A stretch of DNA of 64,000 bases, from the NCBI GenBank assembly GCA_965204725.1, contig OZ242005.1, forward strand, positions 2,240,001 to 2,304,000, read 5' to 3'. The translations under genes were made by a program, and so were the position numbers. The notes under the pieces are model-generated. The model searched no databases. It was not told the DNA's origin and saw nothing but the letters and a program-made list of their open reading frames with translations. The first letter of the stretch is position 1; every line of letters starts with the position of its first letter. Positions 47,528-56,499 of the stretch are shown piece after piece. The DNA comes from Candidatus Latescibacterota bacterium. GTDB lineage: Bacteria > Latescibacterota > UBA2968 > UBA8231.

Positions 47528-49465
47528 CTAAAACGGTCCGGCGTGGTGCGAAGGCTCGTTGACGTAGCGCTCGGTCTCTAGGTCGAGGGTGATTTCGCAA
47601 TGAGGCGGTAAGGCGACGGTCAGGTGCTTGTCATCGACGGCCATTTGACGCTCCTCGGTCTCCAAGGGCGGCGCCGCGTACGTGCCGGCATAGCCGCCCA
47701 GCCAGCCCGGGTACTCGCTGGTGCGGCTGTGGTACGCAACCCGGCCAAAGCGGTGCTCGCCAAAGGCCCCGCCCTGAATGACCAGTTTTCTGTGCTCATG
47801 GTGGTGCAAATTGACCAAGCGCACGACCGTGCGGTTCGCTGCGAGCTTTTCCACCAAGGCACCGACGTCTTCGGGTAGGCCGGGACGGCGGCGCTCGGCG
47901 TCAAAATAGCGCAGGCGGGTGTGCAGCAGGCCGCCGTTGTAGATGGGTTGGGGGCCGCCCATCGTCAGTTGGATGAGCGCTTCGGAGGAGACGGGATTGC
48001 CCCATTGCCAGTGGTGGACGTGATGGCGAGTGCCCACGTCTTGGTCGGCGCGCAGTTGGGCCGAGCGGCGGCCAGCCACTTGGTAGGTGGCCTGCAACAT
48101 CTGCTCTGGATAGGTCGGGTTGGCCCCGGCCAAAAAGCGCACCCAAGGGGCCTCGTGGCCCGAGTCCTCTTTGTTGTGGAAGGGGAACACCGCCGCCCAG
48201 TCGAACGCTTCTTTCTGCCGAATGGCCTCCACGCGCTCCCAGTCGCTGTCGTCCATGGACAGGTTCCACAGGGTCACCGGGTACACCGGACTCATGGGCT
48301 GCCAGTCGAACCAACCGGCGTCGCCGTAGCGGTAGGGCACCAGCAAGGTTTCGCGCTGCTCGCCCATGGCGGCAAATTGGCTCGCCCAGCGCTCGGCCAC
48401 GCTCATGTACTGATCGCGAATATCCTCCATGCGCCCTTGTTCCAAGATGCGGTCCATCTGCTGGCGCGGCAGGTCGAGATAGGCGCGGTCGCGGGTTAGC
48501 AGGTAGGCGTTGGCCGCCGCGTCGAGCGTGGCCTTCTGCAACGTCAAGAAGCCGTGCGGAAAGGTCCAGCCGTAGCGGCCCCCGTACCAATTGCCCGCGC
48601 AGTATTCGCCCACTTGGCCCGACAGGCCGACGTTGTCGGGCAACAGGCCGCCGTTGGCTCGGGCGCGCTCCACCCAAGCGTCGGTATATTCCACGACCCA
48701 AGCGCGGTATTTTTCGTCGCCCGTGATCAGGAAGGCATTGGTAGCCAGCGAGGTGACGGCTAGGTTGGTCGGGGTGTCGCCCTGACGCCAGCGGTCAAAC
48801 AGGGTTTGCCCCATCAGCCGGGCTTTGGCCGGGTCGGCCAAGTCCTGCACACAGGTAATGCCGGGCAAGTCAAAAAAGGGCAGGTCGTACACTTCCATGC
48901 TGCCGCCCAAGGGGTTGTAGCTTTGTTGGTCGCGCTCGGCGAGCGGGGCGAAATAGGGGCCGTGGCTGCCGTTGAGGCCCGAGCGCAGGATTTTGTGCTC
49001 GGGGTCGTAGTTTTGCGCGTCGGGGTCTTCGTTGAGGTAAAAGCCGGCAAAGCGGCAGGCCCGTTCAACGCGCCGCGGGGCGTTGGGATGGGCCAAGCAC
49101 AAGTGATAAAAGCAGACGTCGCTTTCGGCTTGGTGCATCTGGTCTTCGCGGATGCCGTATTCCTTGCTGACCGTGCCCAAGCGGGTCAGTTGGCGGGTGA
49201 TGGCCTCCCACTGGCGGTCGGCCAAGTGCAACAGGTGCTCGCTGCCGCCCATCAGATAAACGAGCGGCCAGTTAAAAAAAGGCTCGTAGAAATCGTCCGG
49301 GCTGCCGCCACCCCACTCGTCCTGCCAGATGAATTCGCCGTCCTCGCGGGTGAAGTGGTCGAGGAAGGGCTGCACCGATTGGTCGAACGAGTCGAAGAGG
49401 CGACGCTGCCACACGGCCCAGTGGGCTGGCGCGTTGAGCGGGATATTGGCGGTCAGGCTTTGCAT
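47528..49465 (-). CDS. Conserved-looking hypothetical protein (Trp/Tyr-rich, possibly alpha/alpha-toroid enzyme)
   Basis: About 645 aa with AGGAG RBS; DDFYE and PDNVG motifs; function not recognised. Confidence 0.65.
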   Translation of the reverse strand: MQSLTANIPLNAPAHWAVWQRRLFDSFDQSVQPFLDHFTREDGEFIWQDEWGGGSPDDFYEPFFNWPLVYLMGGSEHLLHLADRQWEAITRQLTRLGTVSKEYGIREDQMHQAESDVCFYHLCLAHPNAPRRVERACRFAGFYLNEDPDAQNYDPEHKILRSGLNGSHGPYFAPLAERDQQSYNPLGGSMEVYDLPFFDLPGITCVQDLADPAKARLMGQTLFDRWRQGDTPTNLAVTSLATNAFLITGDEKYRAWVVEYTDAWVERARANGGLLPDNVGLSGQVGEYCAGNWYGGRYGWTFPHGFLTLQKATLDAAANAYLLTRDRAYLDLPRQQMDRILEQGRMEDIRDQYMSVAERWASQFAAMGEQRETLLVPYRYGDAGWFDWQPMSPVYPVTLWNLSMDDSDWERVEAIRQKEAFDWAAVFPFHNKEDSGHEAPWVRFLAGANPTYPEQMLQATYQVAGRRSAQLRADQDVGTRHHVHHWQWGNPVSSEALIQLTMGGPQPIYNGGLLHTRLRYFDAERRRPGLPEDVGALVEKLAANRTVVRLVNLHHHEHRKLVIQGGAFGEHRFGRVAYHSRTSEYPGWLGGYAGTYAAPPLETEERQMAVDDKHLTVALPPHCEITLDLETERYVNEPSHHAGPF

Positions 49466-49649
49466 GGGGTACTCCTGAGAGGTTTGGGTAGCCAAGGGTT
49501 GCGCGGATGAGTTTAGCGGGAGAAGGCACCTGTGTAAAGCCGCTTGACAGGCGGGGGCGGGCCGGTTTATTTGCGCTTGAGCGCAGGTACTCCAGGCTTA
49601 AACGGCTGGTTGGCACTTATGAGGGGGCACCTCAAGGAAGGATAGAGGG

Positions 49650-51935
49650 ATGAATAAGCTCTTAGTTGTTCTGGCCATGGGACTGACATTTGGCGAATTG
49701 GACAAGGCCCAAGCCATCGAGGGATCCAATCTGTTCTTCCCCGCCCACAAAGACAATATCTGGCTGTACTGGATAGACTACAACGACTACCCCTTTAATA
49801 CGACTGGTTGGACTGCTCTATCCATTGTGCCCGAGGAAATCGATTCAGATGACCATGCGTATTTCCGGTACGACCTTCTGTTTCCTTCCGGCCCATATAG
49901 AGTCTCTGAGAACGGGAATCTATGGTTGAGAATTGACCGGGAACACTTCATTGACTACTTGCTCGAACTATTCGAGAACAACCAATCAATCACCGATTAT
50001 TTGATTGCCAATCGGGAAACCGACTTGATTCCCAATGAAGTACTATTGTATGACTTTTCCAAAGAAACCGAATCCGATCTGTGGTCTCGTGAGTTTTATG
50101 ACGTTTACGATGAAACTCAGACCTTAGAAGTCCCCTCGGAGACATTGACAAACAATCTGCTCTGGTTTGTTGTGAGTTATTACTTCGATGAAGGATACCT
50201 ATATAACGAGATTTCAGACGATAAAGAATGGCAGTATTTTGTATTTTATAGAGGTCAAATCACATTTCAGCGAGGAGTCGGTGTCTCGGAGAGACGCATC
50301 ATTTGTCCAAACTGTGGGTCAGGGGGAATAGGGCCTAGTTACAGTCTTATGTGGGCAAGGGTCAATGGGAATGAAGTTGGGACCCATCCCGGAGCAGGCT
50401 ATCCCGGATACCGCGTAGTTCCCGGTTCTGTCACGATCCCCGACTCGACGCACGTCTCCCGAACGGAAGTGGAAGCCACCATTCGGGGCAGTGCGGTCGA
50501 GGGCCTGACCGTCGAGTTCGCCCGCGTCGTCCCCGGACGCTCGCTCCACTACGCTTGGAGAGCGACTACCGACGAATTCGGCCGACTGGCCCTGACCATC
50601 AGCAGCCCTGACCCAGACGGGGTGAGCGGTTCCTTTCGGGTCCGCGCAAGCACCAAGGCGGGGACAGAGGTCGGCCAGTGGGACGGTATCCGCCTCGACA
50701 GCGGCCAGCGCCAGATTCTGGCATTGCCCCTTGGCGGCGGCGTGGAAGTAGTTGCCCGCTATGCTTCAGGACCGGATTTGTGCGCCAACGGTATAGTCGT
50801 GCCGGATCCGTGGTATAATCGCGGTCTGGTGGAGGATTGCAACGTACTTCTGACCATAAAGGACAGGCTGGCCGGGGACGCCCATTTGAATTGGAGCCCG
50901 GACCTATTGATCGGTCGGTGGGATGGTATCACTGCCAGGAACTCTCGTCTCACTAAGCTTGATCTCGGAAACAAGAACATGACGGGGTCGATTCCGCCCG
51001 AACTGGTCCAGCTAACCCAACTGACGTCGTTGGACCTAGGGGGCAACAGGTTGACCGGACCGATCCCACACGAACTAGGTCAACTGACCCAACTGACGTC
51101 GTTATACCTATCGAACAGCGGGTTGACCGGACCGATCCCACCCGAATTAGGCCAGCTAACCCAACTAGAGGTGTTATGGATCGGCTTGAACAGCGGGTTG
51201 ACCGGACCGATCCCACACGAACTGGGCAAACTGACCAAGCTGAGAGACCTTCGCCTCTCCAACAACGGGTTGACCGGACCGATCCCACACGAATTAGGCA
51301 AACTGACCCAACTGACGTTGTTGGACCTATGGGGCAACGGGTTGACCGGACCGATCCCACACGAACTGGGCAAACTGACCAAGCTGAGATACCTTGACCT
51401 CGCCAACAACGGGTTGACCGGACCGATCCCACACGAATTAGGCAAACTGACCAAGCTGAGATACCTTGACCTCGCCAACAACGGGTTGACCGGACCGATC
51501 CCACACGAATTAGGCAAACTGACCAAGCTGAGATACCTTGACCTCGCCAACAATGAGTGGACCGGATGCGTCCCGAAGGCGTTGGCTAGGTGGGTCGATT
51601 TTCTGCCAGTCTGTACTGATACCACAGTGGAGGCCGCCGTCGCGGACGATTTGCCGGCCGCCAGCGGCCTAGACCCCAATCATCCCAATCCATTCAACGG
51701 TTCCACCCAAATCTCCTACCGCCTAGCCGCCCCCGGCCCGGTGCGGCTGGCGATCTACAATGTCTTGGGCCAGCCGGTACGCACCCTAGTAGATGAGTCC
51801 CAGACCGCCGGTTTCTACCAAGTCTCTTGGGATGCCCGCGACCATCGAGGCTCAACAGTGGCCGCGGGCGTATATCTCATGCGACTGCACTACCCCGACG
51901 GAGTACGGACCCGACGACTGCTTTACCTCAAGTGA
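49650..51935 (+). CDS. Secreted plant-type LRR protein with C-terminal FlgD-Ig domain
   Basis: Signal peptide, LRR N-cap (DCxxLL..LNW..W.GI), nine LRRs, HPNPFN...WDARD..VAAGVY. Confidence 0.88.
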   Translation: MNKLLVVLAMGLTFGELDKAQAIEGSNLFFPAHKDNIWLYWIDYNDYPFNTTGWTALSIVPEEIDSDDHAYFRYDLLFPSGPYRVSENGNLWLRIDREHFIDYLLELFENNQSITDYLIANRETDLIPNEVLLYDFSKETESDLWSREFYDVYDETQTLEVPSETLTNNLLWFVVSYYFDEGYLYNEISDDKEWQYFVFYRGQITFQRGVGVSERRIICPNCGSGGIGPSYSLMWARVNGNEVGTHPGAGYPGYRVVPGSVTIPDSTHVSRTEVEATIRGSAVEGLTVEFARVVPGRSLHYAWRATTDEFGRLALTISSPDPDGVSGSFRVRASTKAGTEVGQWDGIRLDSGQRQILALPLGGGVEVVARYASGPDLCANGIVVPDPWYNRGLVEDCNVLLTIKDRLAGDAHLNWSPDLLIGRWDGITARNSRLTKLDLGNKNMTGSIPPELVQLTQLTSLDLGGNRLTGPIPHELGQLTQLTSLYLSNSGLTGPIPPELGQLTQLEVLWIGLNSGLTGPIPHELGKLTKLRDLRLSNNGLTGPIPHELGKLTQLTLLDLWGNGLTGPIPHELGKLTKLRYLDLANNGLTGPIPHELGKLTKLRYLDLANNGLTGPIPHELGKLTKLRYLDLANNEWTGCVPKALARWVDFLPVCTDTTVEAAVADDLPAASGLDPNHPNPFNGSTQISYRLAAPGPVRLAIYNVLGQPVRTLVDESQTAGFYQVSWDARDHRGSTVAAGVYLMRLHYPDGVRTRRLLYLK
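50948..51580 (+). repeat. 72-bp coding tandem repeats (LRR units)
   Basis: Recurrent GGTTGACCGGACCGATCCCAC; the last units are nearly identical. Confidence 0.9.
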
Positions 51936-52051
51936 AGGCGAGAAAATCCCTTCGCAGCTCAGCCTTGTCGGCAACTTCGGCGACCTAACTGATCCCGCTA
52001 CGGCTCAGTAAACACACGTACTAAAACAACTGTTCTAGAAGGGGATACGCC

Positions 52052-52516
52052 ATGCGCGGTCATATCCAGTTCTTGATCTGGGGCTTGGTCCTGTTCGGGA
52101 TGGCCCGTTGCACACCCGCCCTGCCCCCAAGACCGCTACACATCCAAATCACCGGGGAAGAGTACACTTGGCAATTCCGCTACTCAGGCCCCGACGGCGC
52201 ATTGCAGACCGACGACGATATAATCAAGCCGGGTAAGGAATTGCACCTGCCGCTCGGCCGAGCGGTTGAACTCGAACTGACCAGTCGGGATTACATCTAC
52301 ACTTTCGCCCTGCCCCATCTCGACCTCCATCAGGTAGCCGTGCCCGATTTGACCTTTGCGCTGGCCTTTACCCCACAGGCAACCGGCGCATTCGCCTTTG
52401 TCGGCGACCAAATGTGCGGCTTTGAACACGAGTCGCTCAACGGCCGCGTGGTAATCGAATCGCCAGCGACCTTCGTTGATTGGCTGATTACCGCATCGCC
52501 GAGCGCATCCGAGTGA
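52052..52516 (+). CDS. Stand-alone cytochrome c oxidase subunit II-like cupredoxin domain
   Basis: WQFRY, LHLP, LTSRD, QMCGFEH; CuA ligands incomplete. Confidence 0.7.
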   Translation: MRGHIQFLIWGLVLFGMARCTPALPPRPLHIQITGEEYTWQFRYSGPDGALQTDDDIIKPGKELHLPLGRAVELELTSRDYIYTFALPHLDLHQVAVPDLTFALAFTPQATGAFAFVGDQMCGFEHESLNGRVVIESPATFVDWLITASPSASE

Positions 52517-52590
52517 AGGGAAAGTTTCAAGGCCGCCGCAGCGCGAGCGCGTCAATGAGCCGTCGCGCATGAGGAGAAGATTCCATCACC

Positions 52591-53229
52591 TTACTTGGGT
52601 CCACTTGGGAAGAACAACCGATTCAACCAAGCAACGAGAACATCTACCTCTGGAACATTGGGATCGAGAAAGCGGGCGGTGATGGCCGTTCCGAAGGGCC
52701 GTCCCGGCTCTTCCTGCCAAGCAAGCCAAGTGTGGATGAGCACCTTTGGCTCGTCTAGCGGTTTGAAACGCCGCTCGCCTTCAGGAATAGCTGCGACACT
52801 ATCTCTCACATGGTCAAAAAGGATAGTAGGTTGCGGAACGAGGAAGCCCAAGAAATCCTCCAAAATGCCGCTTGTCTGGTTATTCGGCATAATCCAGACG
52901 CCCAATCGCGGTAGAAGGGTTCCGGCCGGCGGATCGAGGATCGTTCCGGCCGGGTCTGGTTGATTGGGCACATCTTGGTATCCGACCTCGGTGATTCGAT
53001 TTTGGATCGACTGCCAACGGTTACTTATCTCCGTATCGGCGTCAATGACCACCCCAATAACGTCGCCCTCCTCGCGTAATGTGAGCCGAACTGCAAGGCT
53101 CTCAATGAGTTTGTCGGCCCCATCGCTTTTCGCTATGTCGAGGTGAGGAATGCCTCGATTCCCGCAGATATGCTTCAGGACGTGCTCGTCGTCAGTGCCC
53201 TCCACCAAGAGGATTTTCCCATTTTCCAT
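52591..53229 (-). CDS. DUF3226-like TOPRIM-type protein
   Basis: LLVEGTDD, VIDAD, WIMPNN..GILEDF. Confidence 0.75.
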   Translation of the reverse strand: MENGKILLVEGTDDEHVLKHICGNRGIPHLDIAKSDGADKLIESLAVRLTLREEGDVIGVVIDADTEISNRWQSIQNRITEVGYQDVPNQPDPAGTILDPPAGTLLPRLGVWIMPNNQTSGILEDFLGFLVPQPTILFDHVRDSVAAIPEGERRFKPLDEPKVLIHTWLAWQEEPGRPFGTAITARFLDPNVPEVDVLVAWLNRLFFPSGPK

Positions 53230-53230
53230 A

Positions 53231-54340
53231 TCAGCGCACCTCGATTTGGTCGCGGGTTGCGATGGCCAGTTCAGCTTCGGACAATACCGTGGGAATAACG
53301 TCCTCGCCCCGGCGAGCCAAGCGTATGAGCACCCCTTCTTCAGGTGCTTCGGCCGCCACTTTTTGAAACGCCTCGACCGCGTCCCAACTATGAGACGTTG
53401 CAAAAACTTGAATATCGAGCGTTTGCGCCAACTTGAATATCGTGCGCCACACATCCAACTGCACGGTGTGATGCAGACCATTTTCAAATTCATCTACCAG
53501 CAAAAGCCCCCCGCGAGCGTTGACGAGAGCGAGAATGATTCCAAACAGCCGATTCAGTCCATCGCCAAATGAACGTAGTGGAACAGGTCGCTCGATATTG
53601 TCTGCGCGTACAATGGCGGTAGGCTTTCTGCGAGTGTTGCCAACCATGGAAACGGCTGAAATCCGCGGATCGATGATGCGCAACGCTTCAACGACATCCT
53701 GCTCCCGGTCAGATAGCGCGATCTTATCCCACAACGGCCCCAACATGCTCGTGCCTTCGCCGCCGTAGGGGCTGACGAAAATACAGGGCATTCGGGTTCC
53801 GTTAGATGGGCGAGTGCGGTAACGATATACGCCAAAACGTTCAAGCGGGAAATTTAGCGTTCCTTCTTGTGTCTCGACGATCAAACCAGGGATACCCTCT
53901 GATTCACCCAAGAAACTGAGTTGCTGAGGGATCAACCGATACTTCCCTGCCGAGTCTCGTTCCTCCGCGAGCCAACCCAAGCGCATCGTCATATTCATTG
54001 GGCTCGACCCACCGCTAGTTGAGATGGCAATCGGCTCAGGGGCCTCTGAAAGCCGGGGGAATCCGTGGAACAACCCAGAGACGACCTGAGACAAGCTCTC
54101 AGGATCAGCCGAACGCCCTTCTTCCTCTGCTTCCTCGATATTTTCTTCGCGGTGCCTGAGTATGTCGTAAATCACGTCAAGCGCGGCATTCCTTGCGAGA
54201 AGATGCAGCCCTTCGAGAACGGATGATTTTCCGGTGTTGTTCTTCCCGGTAATCAGGTTCACGCGCCCCAAGCCGCAGAGGGTCAACTCGCGGAATGCGC
54301 GGAATCGCTCCAGCGTTATGCGCTCAATTTTGAGGCTCAT
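53231..54340 (-). CDS. ABC/AAA_15-21-type ATPase
   Basis: GKNNTGKS, FGDG, VDEFENGLH, ATSHS. Confidence 0.85.
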   Translation of the reverse strand: MSLKIERITLERFRAFRELTLCGLGRVNLITGKNNTGKSSVLEGLHLLARNAALDVIYDILRHREENIEEAEEEGRSADPESLSQVVSGLFHGFPRLSEAPEPIAISTSGGSSPMNMTMRLGWLAEERDSAGKYRLIPQQLSFLGESEGIPGLIVETQEGTLNFPLERFGVYRYRTRPSNGTRMPCIFVSPYGGEGTSMLGPLWDKIALSDREQDVVEALRIIDPRISAVSMVGNTRRKPTAIVRADNIERPVPLRSFGDGLNRLFGIILALVNARGGLLLVDEFENGLHHTVQLDVWRTIFKLAQTLDIQVFATSHSWDAVEAFQKVAAEAPEEGVLIRLARRGEDVIPTVLSEAELAIATRDQIEVR

Positions 54341-54415
54341 TGCATTTCCCTTCACTAGAACTTCGTCTTGCGACAATATACGCGATACGCGAACCCGCCT
54401 TGGCCCCCAGCCCCC

Positions 54416-55471
54416 TCAGTCCAGCCGTATCTCCCCGCCTGCCTCTTGGCTCCGGTAGATCCCATCGAGGATTTTCATTACCTGTAGGGATTGTTCCGGC
54501 GGCACCGGCGAAGGCCGTCCCTCGGCAATGGCCGCGGCGAACTCCACGCATTCCTGCGCGTGGGCTTCGAGGCCGTCGTACATCAGCATGAGCTTGCGGT
54601 CGTATTGCTGGCGGGTCTGGTTGTTGCTCTCGCAAATCGAGCACTGCGGCCAATGCGCCCCGCCGCGCGTGCCGTAGAGCCACATCTGCATGTCCTCGCC
54701 TTGGACCGGGTGATGCAAAAGCCAACTCACCTCCAGCATGAGCGTCGCGCCGTTGTCAAAGCGCACGAAGGCCGCGGCAAAATCCTCGACATCGTAGTGC
54801 GAGGGAATGGACTGGCGGCCCCATTGGCTGAACGCGCCCTCTTGGTGCGCCAATTCGGCGCGGGCCACACCCGAAACGGCCACCGGCTCGGGATGCCCCA
54901 TAAACCACAAGGTCAGGTCGAGGATGTGAACCCCGATGTCGATGCAGGGGCCGCCGCCGCTGTGCTCCTTGAGAATGAACCCGCCGCCGACCGGCGCACC
55001 GGCCCGGCGCAGCATCCAACTGCGGACATGGTAGATGTCGCCGAGCGCGCCCGTGTCTAGCTCGGCTTTGAGGGCGCGGGACGAACCCTGAAAGCGAAAG
55101 TGCTGCGCGGTCATCAGTTCCTTGCCCGAGGCATCGCGCGCCGCAATCATTTGGCGAACCTCCTCGGGCGTGGGGGCCAACGGCTTTTCGCAGATCACGT
55201 GCTTGCCAGCCGATAGCGCGGCAATGGCCAACGGGGCGTGATACATGTTGGGGGTGCAGATGTCGATAATGTCGATCTCTGGATCGCTGAACAGGGCCGC
55301 TGGGTCGGTGTGCAGCTTGGCGATGCCGTTTTCTGCGCCAAAGCGCCGCAGCGCGTCCTCGCTAATGTCGCTGCCAGCGACCAACTCGGCTTCGTTAGAA
55401 GCCTGCCAGCCGGGGAGATGCGTACGGGCAATGCCGCCAACGCCGATGATACCTACTTTGAGCGTACTCAT
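54416..55471 (-). CDS. Gfo/Idh/MocA oxidoreductase
   Basis: GIIGVGGIA, CEKPLA, DIGVH. Confidence 0.9.
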   Translation of the reverse strand: MSTLKVGIIGVGGIARTHLPGWQASNEAELVAGSDISEDALRRFGAENGIAKLHTDPAALFSDPEIDIIDICTPNMYHAPLAIAALSAGKHVICEKPLAPTPEEVRQMIAARDASGKELMTAQHFRFQGSSRALKAELDTGALGDIYHVRSWMLRRAGAPVGGGFILKEHSGGGPCIDIGVHILDLTLWFMGHPEPVAVSGVARAELAHQEGAFSQWGRQSIPSHYDVEDFAAAFVRFDNGATLMLEVSWLLHHPVQGEDMQMWLYGTRGGAHWPQCSICESNNQTRQQYDRKLMLMYDGLEAHAQECVEFAAAIAEGRPSPVPPEQSLQVMKILDGIYRSQEAGGEIRLD

Positions 55472-55522
55472 AGCTTATCCTTTTGGGGTTGTGGTTGATA
55501 CGCGAAAGAGAGGAGGGGCCTC

Positions 55523-55704
55523 ATATAGCAATCCTAAATGATTTGCAAGCATGTAGAGATGCTTCGACTGCGCTTCGCTACGCTCAGCATGACACACAGA
55601 CGGGGGCTTCGTCCCCAGCCCTTGTCATACTGAGCGCAGCGAAGTATCTCATACCCAAAACGCCATGTAGAACATCCCTTATGAACGATGTAAGACTGCT
55701 ATAT
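55523..55704. mobile_element. MITE family 1 copy
   Basis: Ends ATATAGCAATCCTA / TAAGACTGCTATAT; interior palindrome GAGATGCTTCG..CTCAGCATGACA..TGTCATACTGAG..CGAAGTATCTC shared with 60095-60341. Confidence 0.75.
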
Positions 55705-56499
55705 CCGCGTCAGAGCTTCGGTCGGCATCCAGCCGCCGAGGCCATTCGCCAGCCGCACCAACATCCATGCCCCTTCCTGCCGCACCAAGCGCACCTTGGT
55801 GCCCTCGTGCGCGACAAAGACCTCGGTCTGCCCAAGGTCGGGGCCGGATCGTGCGTGGGCTTGGGCCGCGGTGACGATGGCTTCGCTCGTCTGCGCCTGA
55901 TGGCGGAGGCGCGTTCCCAGCCAGAGCGCGGAGCCGACGCTCAGCCCCGCACAAAGCAAAACCCCGACTAGCCAGAGCGCACCCGGGCGCGGCTGCGCGA
56001 AAAACCACCGCACCCCCAAGACAAAGATCGCGAAAAACGCCGCGGCGAACAGCAGGCTGAGTTGATTGAACGTAGGCCAGAAATAGGCGGCCACCAGCGC
56101 GGCGACCAAGGTGCCGAGGCCGTCCTCAATCTGCGGGTCTCGGTCCTTCTTGACTAGGTTGGCAAAGCGCAGATTGGCCTCAATGTCCTCGTCGTGCGGG
56201 ACCAAGCGCCGCGCTCGTTCGTACCAGAGAATCGCTTCGCCGAGCTTCCCGGCCTTAAAGCAGGCATTGCCCAGATTGTAGTAGAGCCGAGCGTCTTGCA
56301 CCCCAGCATCTACCACCTCCAAGTAGGTGCGCCGCGCCGCGGCAAAATCCCCGGCCCGATAGAGCGCGTTGGCCTCGTTGTACTGCCCAGCCGCGGCCGA
56401 CTGGGCGTCGAGCACCCGGGCGTCAAACAGGAGCAAGAACACCAGCGTCCCCCGCACGACTCGACGCCAAGATGTACCGCCCTGAGATACCCCCATCAT
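55699..56499 (-). CDS. BatE-like TPR + SH3 protein
   Basis: YYNLGNA, TM segments, HEGTKV..W..VRL..GW. Confidence 0.8.
   Translation of the reverse strand: MMGVSQGGTSWRRVVRGTLVFLLLFDARVLDAQSAAAGQYNEANALYRAGDFAAARRTYLEVVDAGVQDARLYYNLGNACFKAGKLGEAILWYERARRLVPHDEDIEANLRFANLVKKDRDPQIEDGLGTLVAALVAAYFWPTFNQLSLLFAAAFFAIFVLGVRWFFAQPRPGALWLVGVLLCAGLSVGSALWLGTRLRHQAQTSEAIVTAAQAHARSGPDLGQTEVFVAHEGTKVRLVRQEGAWMLVRLANGLGGWMPTEALTRI

Noticed and set aside
50948-51580. Regular repeats with variable intervals resembling a CRISPR array
   Set aside because: The period is an in-frame 72 bp encoding LRRs, the variable parts are homologous to each other, and there are no cas genes.
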